From assembly GCA_021817705.1 (NCBI GenBank), contig JAKAGB010000002.1, positions 1-42,758 on the forward strand: a stretch of DNA of 42,758 nucleotides, written 5' to 3'. Positions 19,569-28,212 of this stretch are shown here, one piece after another (within the stretch, counting starts at the first letter, position 1; every line of letters begins with the position of its first letter). Origin of the DNA: a bacterium. Its GTDB lineage: Bacteria > Patescibacteriota > Minisyncoccia > Phycocordibacterales > Phycocordibacteraceae. A program made the translations under genes and the position numbers. Under the pieces are notes generated by a model. The model ran no database searches. It was not told the DNA's origin and worked only from the letters and a program-made list of their open reading frames with translations.

Positions 19569-21470
19569 TTATGCGAGCACCGCTTTGATGCGCCGCACGC
19601 CCGCGGATGATGCTTCTTCCTTCTGAATCTTGAAATGCTTACCGCCTTCGCCGAGCTCGCTCGTGTTGGCGACGTGCGGGCCGCCGCAGAATTCTATCGA
19701 GAACGCTTCGGCGAATTTCGGGTCTTCTTTGCTCGCGCCCTTCGGCCCCACCGAATACACCGAGACGCGCTCGGGGTATTTCGCGCCAAACTCGTGCTCG
19801 GCACCGAGCTTCTCGGCCTCTTCGAGCGCCATTTCCGTGCGCGTTACCGGCAGCGCTTCTGCAATCTTTTCGTTCACGATTTTCTCGACGGCGGCTTTCT
19901 GTTCGTCGGTCATCTTTGCGCCGTAATTGAAGTCGATGCGCAGGCGTTCGGCGGTGATGTTGCTGCCGCGCTGGTGCACTTCTTTGCCAAGCACATTCTG
20001 GAGCGCTTTAAGGAGCAGGTGGTGCGCGGTGTGGTACTTGATGGTCGCCGCCTGGTGGTCGGCGAGCCCGCCTGCGAATTTCTGTGCGGCTCCCGCGCGC
20101 GATTCTTCCTGATGCTTTTTCATTTTTTCGCGCACGGAGACGAGGTCAATCGAGACGCCGCGCTCCTTGGCTATTTCTTCGGTCAGCTCTATCGGGAAAC
20201 CATACGTGGTGAACAAAACGAACGCGTCGATGTTCTCCCCCATCTTTTCGAGTTCGCGCATGCCGTTTGAAAGCGTTTTCCTGAACTGCGATTCTTCTTT
20301 GGCGAGCTCGTCGCGGATGAAATCATGATTCTCTTTTACGAACGGGTACTGCTCCGCGTACGCAGCGCCGTAGCCGTCGGCGACCTCTGCCAAGACCGCG
20401 TCTTTTATGCCGAGCTTGTCTGCCTCGCGGATGCTGCGGCGGACGAGACGGCGCAAAACGTAGCCCTGCTCGGAGTTGCCCGGCACGATGCCGCTTGCGA
20501 GCATGAAGCTCGCTGCGCGCATGTGGTCGAGGATGATGCGGAATGACACGGTACTCGCCGAGTCGTCGCCATATTTTTTTCCTGAACGTGTTTCGAGCAC
20601 GGCGCGCGCTGCGTCGAACGCGTCGATGAGGAAGACATCCGGGTTGCCGCGCGTGGCAGCGGCAAGGCGTTCGAGCCCGCCGCCGAAGTCGACGTTCTTC
20701 TTCGGCAGCTCTTTGAACGAGCCATCCGCATCCTTTATGAACTGCATGAAGACCGAGTTCCCGATCTCGACGAATCGACCGCAGTCGCAGTTCGGGTGGC
20801 ACTCGGCACCGAACCGCGGGTCATGCGGCAGACCGAAGTCGTAAAAGACTTCCGAGTCGGGGCCGCCGATTTCTCCCGCCGGCATTTTGCTCGGCGTGCC
20901 CGCGCGGCTCCACCAGTTTTTCTTCGCGCCGTACGCGAAGATGCGGCCGCCCTGCATGCCGCGCTTGCCGCCCTCTTCTTCGGTGCCGAGCGACACGAAC
21001 TTCGCTTCGATGCCTTTCTCGGCGAACAGCTTCTGCCAAAGCGCAACGGCTTCCGTGTCGGCCGCCATGCCGCTTTCTTCATCGCCCGCAAATGTGGTGA
21101 CGAAAAGTCTTTCTGCGGCGAGGCCAAGGCCGTGTTCGGCGTCGGTCAAGAATTCGAAGAACCACGGCAGCTGCTCTTCCTTGAAATAGTCGCCGAGGCT
21201 CCAGTTGCCAAGCATCTCAAAAAACGTGGTGTGGCGGTTGTCGCCCACTTCCTCGATATCTTCGGCGCGGAAGCTCATCTGCGAATCCGCGAGGCGCGTG
21301 CCTGCAGGGTGTTCCTGCCCCATAAGGTACGGGACCAAGGGCTGCATGCCTGAGCTCGTGAAGAGCGTGGTGGAGTCGTTCTCCGGCACGATGGGTGCGC
21401 TCGGAATGATCGCGTGCCCGCGCTTCTTAAAAAATTCCAAGTAGCGACTGCGCACTTCTGCAACGTTCAT
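19569..21470 (-). CDS. alaS: Alanine--tRNA ligase lacking the C-Ala domain
   Basis: TLFTSSGMQP, HTTFFEMLGNWSLGDYFK, GGGLERL, editing motifs HTAHH and CGGPHV; ends at GVRRIKAVLA. Confidence 0.96.
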   Translation of the reverse strand: MNVAEVRSRYLEFFKKRGHAIIPSAPIVPENDSTTLFTSSGMQPLVPYLMGQEHPAGTRLADSQMSFRAEDIEEVGDNRHTTFFEMLGNWSLGDYFKEEQLPWFFEFLTDAEHGLGLAAERLFVTTFAGDEESGMAADTEAVALWQKLFAEKGIEAKFVSLGTEEEGGKRGMQGGRIFAYGAKKNWWSRAGTPSKMPAGEIGGPDSEVFYDFGLPHDPRFGAECHPNCDCGRFVEIGNSVFMQFIKDADGSFKELPKKNVDFGGGLERLAAATRGNPDVFLIDAFDAARAVLETRSGKKYGDDSASTVSFRIILDHMRAASFMLASGIVPGNSEQGYVLRRLVRRSIREADKLGIKDAVLAEVADGYGAAYAEQYPFVKENHDFIRDELAKEESQFRKTLSNGMRELEKMGENIDAFVLFTTYGFPIELTEEIAKERGVSIDLVSVREKMKKHQEESRAGAAQKFAGGLADHQAATIKYHTAHHLLLKALQNVLGKEVHQRGSNITAERLRIDFNYGAKMTDEQKAAVEKIVNEKIAEALPVTRTEMALEEAEKLGAEHEFGAKYPERVSVYSVGPKGASKEDPKFAEAFSIEFCGGPHVANTSELGEGGKHFKIQKEEASSAGVRRIKAVLA

Positions 21471-21486
21471 ATGCCCAAATTAGCAT

Positions 21487-21515
21487 AAAAAGAAAGGAGC
21501 CGCGCGTGCGGCTCC
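21487..21515 (-). terminator. Intrinsic terminator of the 21531-21932 gene
   Basis: GGAGCCGC/GCGGCTCC stem followed by TTTCTTTTT. Confidence 0.75.
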
Positions 21516-21530
21516 GATTGGGTTACAGTT

Positions 21531-21932
21531 TTACCTGTTCGCTCTCACCACCTTATCGGCGACTGCGTTCATGAGTTTGAAGGCGCGCTTGATGGAGGCC
21601 TCATCCTTAAGAGACGCAGGCATGGGGTCAGGGTTCCTGCTGGTAGGCCAGCTGATCGAAACCCGCTTGGTGTACTTACTGCGCTCGGCATAAATAATCA
21701 TGCCCTCAAAGCTGTCGTGACACGTCACGGTCAGGCTTTCCTCGAAGTCCTGAGGAATGTTACGGAACTTGTAATCCAGGTAGACCGTATATCCCCGCCA
21801 GCGCAAAATGGTCGCCGGGAAGTCTTTCTTCCATCGGTGCTCAATCAGATCAGTTCCATCGGGAGTCTTCGGAAGCTTGAGGCCAGCGAGCGTGGCTTGC
21901 GCTTTGCGCAACAAAGAACTTGCGCTAATCAT
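21531..21932 (-). CDS. Hypothetical protein (133 aa), solitary cassette upstream of alaS
   Basis: GAAGGAG SD; promoter TTGACA-16-TATCGT (22022-21995); lower GC. Confidence 0.7.
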   Translation of the reverse strand: MISASSLLRKAQATLAGLKLPKTPDGTDLIEHRWKKDFPATILRWRGYTVYLDYKFRNIPQDFEESLTVTCHDSFEGMIIYAERSKYTKRVSISWPTSRNPDPMPASLKDEASIKRAFKLMNAVADKVVRANR

Positions 21933-22034
21933 TGCACTCTCCTTCGCGAGTCGGTAGGACGGGAAATCCGGCCTTCAATCCCAACTCATATGATACGATA
22001 TCATATCTATTCGGTCTGTCAAGCGCCGCGGTTC

Positions 22035-22610
22035 CTACTTCCCTGCGCTGCCGAGTGCAGCGATGCGGCGGAACCAGCGCGCGTGGGTTTTTGCCGAGGC
22101 GCGTTCGGAGGGGCCGAAGACGGTGGCACGTGCGCGGATGCCCGCGAAGCCGAGTATAGAAAGCGAAAGGTGCGCCGTGGGCGAACCATACATGAGGCGC
22201 AAAAGCCACGGCGCGGTGTTTGCGGTGGAGATGATGCGTGCCGTGCGCCCGCGCAAGAGTTTCTTCCAGGTAAGCCCGTGCGGCGCGAAGTTAAATGCAT
22301 AGTGTGGCAGCCACGCGCGGTCGAACAGGCCTTTGAGTGCGGCGGGCATCGCGCACCACCAGATGGGATACACGAACACGATGTGTTCTGCCCAACGCAC
22401 GTTTTCTTGGAAGTCGTGCAGATCCGGCTCGAGCTCCTGGATGGACTTGTACCCCTCGTGGAGGATGGGATCGAAATGCATCTCACCCACGTTCATGCGA
22501 CGCACCTCGTGGCCGGCCGCGCGTGCGGCGGCTTCGTATGCGTCGGCATGCGCTCCCGAAAGCGTTGCGGCGTCGGTGTGACCGAGGAAAATAAGTATTT
22601 TCTTACTCAC
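22035..22610 (-). CDS. NAD(P)H-dependent oxidoreductase, flavodoxin-2 fold (KefF/MdaB/NQO-like)
   Basis: KILIFLGH, LEPDL, IVFVYPIWWCAMPAALKGLFDR; GTG start coupled to upstream stop (GTGA). Confidence 0.9.
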   Translation of the reverse strand: MSKKILIFLGHTDAATLSGAHADAYEAAARAAGHEVRRMNVGEMHFDPILHEGYKSIQELEPDLHDFQENVRWAEHIVFVYPIWWCAMPAALKGLFDRAWLPHYAFNFAPHGLTWKKLLRGRTARIISTANTAPWLLRLMYGSPTAHLSLSILGFAGIRARATVFGPSERASAKTHARWFRRIAALGSAGK

Positions 22611-23119
22611 GGCAGTTTCGGCTCCGGCGGAGTCGTGAGGAATCGCGCGTAGCGCAGGAGACCGTAGAAGATTGCCGCCGCCACCACATAGAGCGCGACG
22701 GCCGCGCCGAAGGAGCCGGCGGGCAATCGGCCGAGCGTGAGGTAGCCAAGGAACCACCAGCCGGTGAACACGAGCGCTGAGCCGAGCGCGAACGAGATGC
22801 GCTCACGCGAGAGCGCCCACGACGCGTAGATGATGAGCACCGAGAGTGCGATGAGAAGCCAGTAGCTGCCGGTAAGAGCCGGCTGCACGACCGCTTGTGC
22901 GCGGTACGCTTCGACCACTAGGCCGAACGACGCGAGCAGTACGAGCAGCATGCCGAACTTGAGACCGCGCGCGAGATGCGAAAGATGCGCACGCTCGGCG
23001 CGGTCTATGTGGCCGTCACGCAGTGCGTGCATGTACGATACTTCGCCGAGTACGGCGCTCGCTGCGCCGAACAAGGCGCCCACGGCCTGGAAGAAGATGA
23101 GTACGGCGACGACGTTCAT
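22607..23119 (-). CDS. Multi-pass membrane protein (170 aa)
   Basis: About five hydrophobic helices; ATGA/GTGA overlaps with both neighbours. Confidence 0.8.
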   Translation of the reverse strand: MNVVAVLIFFQAVGALFGAASAVLGEVSYMHALRDGHIDRAERAHLSHLARGLKFGMLLVLLASFGLVVEAYRAQAVVQPALTGSYWLLIALSVLIIYASWALSRERISFALGSALVFTGWWFLGYLTLGRLPAGSFGAAVALYVVAAAIFYGLLRYARFLTTPPEPKLP

Positions 23120-23349
23120 GGCTGCATAAGCAAGGGTGCCAGCTCCGCGCGATACTTCTTCATGACCTCGAGCGCGGCTTTCGTTTCGCTCTCGCCGCCT
23201 TTCTTCCGGCGTTCTATCTCCTCGCCGATTTTCTTGAAGAGCTCAGGGTTCTTTTCGACGAGCTTCGTGAAAAGCTCGCGCTGCGACGCAGGAACGTCTT
23301 TGAGTTTCCATTTGGCGTACTGGCCGAGCAAAAAGCTTTGGAAGGACAT
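23116..23349 (-). CDS. Small helical hypothetical protein (77 aa)
   Basis: Operonic ORF with protein-like composition (EKNPELFKKIGEEI). Confidence 0.75.
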   Translation of the reverse strand: MSFQSFLLGQYAKWKLKDVPASQRELFTKLVEKNPELFKKIGEEIERRKKGGESETKAALEVMKKYRAELAPLLMQP

Positions 23350-23352
23350 GGG

Positions 23353-23769
23353 TTAGTGCAGGTGAGGATGAAGTAAAAGACCGCGCACGGTGCGTGTTGT
23401 TGAATACAGTGCGAGGAGCGAGATGAGCGCGAGTACTTCTATGAACGCGAACGAGAAATCCGTGAATGGTATTCCGGACTGGAAGTTGTGTACTGCCGCG
23501 ATGCCGAAGAGGAGCGCGCCCAAGGCGGCGAGCGCGGTGTTTACGAAATGAATCCACACCTGCGCGGGACTCGTGATGCCCGCGGCCACCGCAAGGATGA
23601 TGGCCGCGACGACGGCACCGGCAGGCGAAAGCGGAAGCGCGACGCCAAGCGATGCGGCGATGACGAGGAGCAGCGCGCCGATGAGGAACAGCGCGCGGGC
23701 TTCGTCGCCGTGGTAATGCGGAATCGGATGGCGGCGCATGGCGGAGTCGCGGCTCTCTTCGTAGGTCAT
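23353..23769 (-). CDS. Four-TM membrane protein (138 aa)
   Basis: HYHGD motif then four hydrophobic helices; start 6 nt after perfect TATAAT. Confidence 0.8.
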   Translation of the reverse strand: MTYEESRDSAMRRHPIPHYHGDEARALFLIGALLLVIAASLGVALPLSPAGAVVAAIILAVAAGITSPAQVWIHFVNTALAALGALLFGIAAVHNFQSGIPFTDFSFAFIEVLALISLLALYSTTRTVRGLLLHPHLH

Positions 23770-23785
23770 GTCGTTATTATACACC

Positions 23786-23808
23786 CGCGCGCCGCGAAGC
23801 GGCGCGCG
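23786..23808. repeat. 23-bp palindromic repeat, copy 2
   Basis: CGCGCGCCGC-GAA-GCGGCGCGCG, identical to 26418-26440. Confidence 0.75.
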
Positions 23809-23824
23809 AAAGGTGAAAAGTAAT

Positions 23825-23849
23825 CCCGCGCGAGCGAAGCTCGCGCGGG
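23825..23849 (-). terminator. Hairpin/terminator after the 23856-24278 gene
   Basis: CCCGCGCGAGC-GAA-GCTCGCGCGGG; followed by ATTACTTTT on the minus strand. Confidence 0.6.
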
Positions 23850-23855
23850 TGTTGT

Positions 23856-24278
23856 TTAGGAACGTACTTCCGGGTCTTTCAGGAAGAGCGGCAACTCGGT
23901 TACGAATTGGCTGCGCTCTGCACAATAATGTCGCACCAAGGCCGCAACAGCGAAACGCATTATCTCCTTACTATATGGCACGCTGGGGTTTGTTACGTCC
24001 AGGACTGCATGCGCTGTACCGAATTCCGGCCATGTCTTCACAATGGCTTCGAAGTCGCACGAGGCGCCTGAGTACACGTATCCACTCTCGGGTTCTCCCA
24101 GATACCCAATGATGGATGATTGTCGGATGGTTCCGAGGAGCAAGTTGTCGAGTTCCAGACGGTTTTGCTCTCGTTCACTATCGTTCCCCAATCTGAGACG
24201 CCTGATCTCCCTACACCCAAAAAGCGCATGGATTTCGAAATGCGTCGCTCGTTGATGCGATTCAATCTGTGCGGGCAT
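23856..24278 (-). CDS. Hypothetical protein (140 aa), solitary cassette
   Basis: AAGGAGG SD (24284-24290); promoter TTGAAA-17-TAGAGT (24334-24306); lower GC. Confidence 0.65.
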   Translation of the reverse strand: MPAQIESHQRATHFEIHALFGCREIRRLRLGNDSEREQNRLELDNLLLGTIRQSSIIGYLGEPESGYVYSGASCDFEAIVKTWPEFGTAHAVLDVTNPSVPYSKEIMRFAVAALVRHYCAERSQFVTELPLFLKDPEVRS

Positions 24279-24322
24279 CTCGCCCTCCTTTTCTGATCCG
24301 CGCGCACTCTAGCACTCGGCGC

Positions 24323-24754
24323 TTAGCCTTTCAATGCAAGATGCGCCGGTTCGGCGACCACCGGCTTCTTCGATTTGAAGAATTTCTGCACGCCGGCAAA
24401 AAACTTCGTGACCTTCGCGTCGTTCACGTGCGTGATGTTGCAGAGGTGTGTGTTCACGATTGCCGAACCGTATTCCGGCCAGGTGTGGACGTCGATGGCG
24501 CTCTCGCCTATCCAGGCAAGGTACGTGTAGCCGTGTTTGGCTTCATCGCTGTAGCGTTCGACCGAAGAGCCGAACAAGGTGAGCCCGGCCGCACGCACGA
24601 GGTCGTCGATGGCCGTACGCATCTCGGCCAGATGTTCGCCGGTGCCTACCTCGAGCCGGTCGGCGCGTTTGCACGAATAAAACGCCGCAGGACGGATGAT
24701 GCTCTCGGGCATTCCGGTGAACTCAGCCGAAGTTCCGTGCTTTTTCGTTTTCAT
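24323..24754 (-). CDS. speD: S-adenosylmethionine decarboxylase proenzyme-like (class 1, pyruvoyl-dependent)
   Basis: GESAIDVHTWPEYG...C: Glu-Ser self-cleavage site, His at +5 and Cys at +20 as in class 1B AdoMetDC. Confidence 0.75.
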   Translation of the reverse strand: MKTKKHGTSAEFTGMPESIIRPAAFYSCKRADRLEVGTGEHLAEMRTAIDDLVRAAGLTLFGSSVERYSDEAKHGYTYLAWIGESAIDVHTWPEYGSAIVNTHLCNITHVNDAKVTKFFAGVQKFFKSKKPVVAEPAHLALKG

Positions 24755-25056
24755 TTCTCGTAATGGATAACCGCAGTGATTCGGGGGTTGGTAAGGGAGC
24801 GTGAGCACGCGCGGGCGTGCTCGGCATAACGAACCGACTGCCTTTAAGGAGAGTCCGACGGGGCATTGGCCGCAGTATGCAGCCAAGAGGCCGTCAAATG
24901 CAATACCTTTTGGCTCCCCGAACGCCGAATGTGTGGATAAAGCGCCAAGGTCGTGGTCGAGTGCGGTATCCCCCGCCCCGTCCGAAATGCGTTGCGCGAA
25001 GCCGTGTGGCAGGTATACTGAGGGGCGTTACATCGCTAAAACACATAAACGTAACT

Positions 25057-25314
25057 ATGCCAAGGAAAGCCAACCCCGCACTCCTGAAGCCGATGACGCT
25101 GTCGCCCGAACTCGAGGCGGTGGTGGGCAAGGGACCTATGTCCCGCGGAGAGGTCGTAAAGAAGATCTGGGAGTACATCAAGAAGAACAACCTTCAGAAT
25201 CCTAAGAACAAGCGCAACATCCTCGCGGACGAGAAGCTGAAGGTCATCTTCGGCGGTAAGGGCGAGGTGACGATGTTCGAGATGACGAAGCTCGTCTCGA
25301 AGCATCTCTCCTAA
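25057..25314 (+). CDS. SWIB/MDM2 domain protein (85 aa)
   Basis: LSPELEAVVG, RGEVVKKIWEYIKKNNLQNPKNKRNILADEKL, VTMFEMTKLVSKHL. Confidence 0.93.
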   Translation: MPRKANPALLKPMTLSPELEAVVGKGPMSRGEVVKKIWEYIKKNNLQNPKNKRNILADEKLKVIFGGKGEVTMFEMTKLVSKHLS

Positions 25315-25378
25315 GCTCGGTTCCCTTTTTTTGACAAGCGCCCGCCTCTGGCGGGCGCTTGTGCTATCCTAGGCGCAT

Positions 25379-25630
25379 ATGGGACTCGGAGAACGTATCG
25401 AACGCGTGAAGGCCGGTGGGTTCGAGGCGAGAGCGCCCGGGGATTGGCGCGAGAGTGGGGACGAGCGTATCCAGAATCTGCGTACGCATATGGAAGGCAT
25501 ACGTGCGCACATAGCTTCGGGCAACGGCACCAAGGAGGATTACGATGCCATTAGCCGCTTCCTGCCGCTCTTCAACGATGCGCTGCGCGAGAATGGCTTC
25601 GCGCCGCTCGACTCCATCGATGAGCTATGA
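25379..25630 (+). CDS. Hypothetical protein (83 aa)
   Basis: ORF preceded by TGcTATCCT 8 nt upstream and followed by hairpin 25634-25662. Confidence 0.6.
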   Translation: MGLGERIERVKAGGFEARAPGDWRESGDERIQNLRTHMEGIRAHIASGNGTKEDYDAISRFLPLFNDALRENGFAPLDSIDEL

Positions 25631-25690
25631 GATCGTTCAGCGCCCCGAAGGGGCGCTGAACGCGTCCGTGTGCTATATTCTCCCCACACC

Positions 25691-25815
25691 GGGCCCTTAG
25701 CTCATTTGGTAAGCCGAGCCGATTCAGAAACCAGCTCGGCTTTCTTGACTGCGCTCGCTCAGGAAAGAATGAGAAGACTCACTCTTTCCTTCGTTCACTT
25801 GTCAGTAGAGCGCAT
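25691..25815 (+). pseudogene. Duplicated 5' fragment of tRNA-Ala interrupted by a 93-nt structured insertion
   Basis: 25691-25711 equals tRNA nt 1-21; GTAGAGCGCAT resumes at 25805-25815; GTA repeated on both sides of the insert. Confidence 0.75.
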
Positions 25816-25855
25816 GATTGAGCGGTTTGTGTGCTAAGCTCTTACAATAGATTTT

Positions 25856-25928
25856 GGGCCCTTAGCTCATTTGGTAGAGCGCATCCATGGCATGGATGAG
25901 GTGAGGGGTTCGATCCCCCTAGGGTCCA
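25856..25928 (+). tRNA. tRNA-Ala (GGC), CCA not encoded
   Basis: Acceptor GGGCCCT/AGGGTCC with G3:U70, anticodon arm CATCC-ATGGCAT-GGATG, GGTTCGATCC T-arm. Confidence 0.95.
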
Positions 25929-26378
25929 CTACGATCGTTTTTTCAACGCCTCAAGGTCGGAGAGCACGCGGCGTATGTCTTCCGTGAGCGTCTCGAGCGT
26001 CTGCATCTGGCGGCGCTTGCGCTCCGCTTCGGCGCGCTCCTCGTGCTGGTCCTCTTCCGAGAGCTCCTCGACATCTTCCTGAATCTCATCGACGTCGCCC
26101 TGGATTTCGTCGACGTCTTCCTGAATCTCGTCGATGTCGGCCTCCACCTCGCGCAGGCTCGTCGTGTGCCGGTTCACGGTCATCTGAATGAAAATGGCGA
26201 GGTAGATGGCTTCAAGCGAGACGACTGTGGTGAGGATGAGGAACATGAGATCCCACGTGAGGATTCCCGCGAACGACAGCGCAAAAAAGAGGATGAAGAG
26301 CACGGTATGGAGCGCGAGCGACGACGTGGAGCCTATCCATGTCGTGATGCGTTCTACCGGATGCGAGCGCTCTCTCAT
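25929..26378 (-). CDS. DUF1003-like membrane protein with acidic coiled-coil tail
   Basis: Two TMs with LTTVVSLEAIYLAIFIQMTVNR; DVDEIQE heptad repeats. Confidence 0.8.
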   Translation of the reverse strand: MRERSHPVERITTWIGSTSSLALHTVLFILFFALSFAGILTWDLMFLILTTVVSLEAIYLAIFIQMTVNRHTTSLREVEADIDEIQEDVDEIQGDVDEIQEDVEELSEEDQHEERAEAERKRRQMQTLETLTEDIRRVLSDLEALKKRS

Positions 26379-26417
26379 GCGTGCAGTGTGGCACAGACAC
26401 GCTGCGGCAGGCAAGAG

Positions 26418-26440
26418 CGCGCGCCGCGAAGCGGCGCGCG
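26418..26440. repeat. 23-bp palindromic repeat, copy 3
   Basis: Identical to 23786-23808. Confidence 0.75.
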
Positions 26441-26444
26441 CATC

Positions 26445-28193
26445 CTATTTCGCGAGCTTCTCAAGCTCAGCGACGTCGGCCTCGATCGCCTTCAAGCCCT
26501 CCAAGAACACCGCGGGTTTCTTCGTGTCGATGCCGCACGCTTTGAAGATATCGTACGGCGATTTGCTCTCCCCGGCCGACAAGAACCCATCCACCTTCTC
26601 AATGTAACGCGCGTCCTTCGCGAGCTTCCGGTGCAGCGCCTTCGAGATGAGCTGTCCGTACGCATAGGAGTACACGTAGAAAAAATTGCGGACATGGCTC
26701 ACCGTTACGAAGAAGTAGCCGTCTTCCGGTAGAAGCGTGAACGCCTTACCGAGGTACGCGGCCATGGCTTCATTCATGAGTGCGGCAATGCGTTCCTTTG
26801 GCACGTATCCGTCCGCGCGCACCGTCTTGTGCAGCTCGCGTTCGAAATTGAAGAAGGCGATCTGGCGGAAGACGGTAGCGATGTCGTCCTGCACCGCGTC
26901 ATGGAGCGCGACGAGGCGGTCTTCTTCCGGCAGCCCTTCGATGAGCCGATGGAGCGCCGCTGTCTCGAAGAAGGTGCTCGCGGTCTCGGCGGTCGAGATG
27001 GGGTGCCCTTGGTACAAAGGGCGCTGCGTCTTTGCGCGTTCGGCGTGCACCGCGTGCCCCATCTCGTGCGCGAGCGTCCGGAGCGAATGGGAATCGTCCA
27101 CCTGATTGAGGAGCACGAAGGTGGGCTGGCCGACACCGCTCGAGCAGAACGCGCCGCCGGTCTTTCCTTTCTTCGGGAATACGTCTACCTGGCCGGAGGC
27201 GAGGAGGCGGTCAAAGATGCTGGCGTACTCCGGCGAAAGGTCTGCAAACACCGCTCGAACGGTTGACGTGGCCTTCTCGAACGGAATCTTCGCCTTGATC
27301 TTCCCGATGGGAGCCGAACGGTCGGCATACGTGAGCGTGTCGAGCCCAAGGAGCTTCTTCTTTACGGAGTAAAAGCGGTGCGCGATCGCCGTCGAGCGGT
27401 TCACCGCTTCTACCAAGGCCAGCACGCTTTTTACGTCGTTCTGGTAGCCGCGGATCGTGGCTTCATACGGCTCCTTCATGCCGCGCAGTTCGTCGTCTAT
27501 CTTCTTGTCGGTGTACACGGCGTTCAGTTCGCTTTCGGCGATGTCAGCCGTGCGTTCATAGACGCTCCGCACGCCTTTGTAGAGCGCGCGGCGCTTTGCG
27601 ATGGGCAAGGTTGCGTACTTCCCTTCCGCTTCGGGCAGAGGGAGCTGCCTTCCCTCGAACGGAACGGATTCCTTGTTCAAGATATTTTCGGTTGCCTGCA
27701 CCCAACGCCCGTGCGAGACGTCGCTTTTTAGAGAGAGAATCTTCTCTTCCGGTTCGGAAAGGTCGTATTTTGCGTTCTCGAAGAGCTGCGTGAGCCAGTA
27801 GCGGTAAGGTGCGAGCTCTTTGGCGGCCAAGAATTTCTTTTGAAGCGCCTTCGGAATCTTTCCGAGCTCGAGCGCGAAGAAGAGCGCCTGGTTGCCGCGC
27901 TTCGTGCCGCGTTCGCCGAGTTTCGCAAGGAGCGCTTCCGCCGCCTTGTCCTCCACGTCGAGCGCTTTGCGGTAGGACGCGTAGTACATCGCGTGCGAGT
28001 CCGGAAGCTCGATAAGCTTTTCGAAATCCTTGAGCGCGAGCGCGAGCGCCTTCGCGTTCTTCAGGTGGCGCTTGTCCTTGCGGTACTTCTTTGCAAACGC
28101 CGCAACTGCCTTGTCGGCAGACTTTTGATCGCGCTCGATGCGCGGGTCGTCGAGGCCTTTATAAAAAACAGAGAGGTCCCAGATGGTTTTCAT
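26445..28193 (-). CDS. pepF: M3-family oligoendopeptidase F
   Basis: N-terminal WDLS, KGKTGGAFC, TLAHEMGH (HExxH), AETASTFFE, FYVYSYAYG. Confidence 0.92.
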   Translation of the reverse strand: MKTIWDLSVFYKGLDDPRIERDQKSADKAVAAFAKKYRKDKRHLKNAKALALALKDFEKLIELPDSHAMYYASYRKALDVEDKAAEALLAKLGERGTKRGNQALFFALELGKIPKALQKKFLAAKELAPYRYWLTQLFENAKYDLSEPEEKILSLKSDVSHGRWVQATENILNKESVPFEGRQLPLPEAEGKYATLPIAKRRALYKGVRSVYERTADIAESELNAVYTDKKIDDELRGMKEPYEATIRGYQNDVKSVLALVEAVNRSTAIAHRFYSVKKKLLGLDTLTYADRSAPIGKIKAKIPFEKATSTVRAVFADLSPEYASIFDRLLASGQVDVFPKKGKTGGAFCSSGVGQPTFVLLNQVDDSHSLRTLAHEMGHAVHAERAKTQRPLYQGHPISTAETASTFFETAALHRLIEGLPEEDRLVALHDAVQDDIATVFRQIAFFNFERELHKTVRADGYVPKERIAALMNEAMAAYLGKAFTLLPEDGYFFVTVSHVRNFFYVYSYAYGQLISKALHRKLAKDARYIEKVDGFLSAGESKSPYDIFKACGIDTKKPAVFLEGLKAIEADVAELEKLAK

Positions 28194-28212
28194 CGACAGA
28201 CAGGATAGCACG

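Noticed and set aside
25331-25370. TTGACA as the -35 for the 25379 gene
   Set aside because: Spacing to TATCCT is about 28 nt and spans a hairpin; an extended -10 alone explains the promoter
25691-25928. tmRNA, a tRNA intron or a CRISPR array at the repeated tRNA-Ala 5' sequence
   Set aside because: Only two copies of the repeat; no tag ORF or separate T-arm/acceptor 3' half for the first copy; the 93-nt insert is too short for a group I intron and removing it yields only a 29-nt fragment
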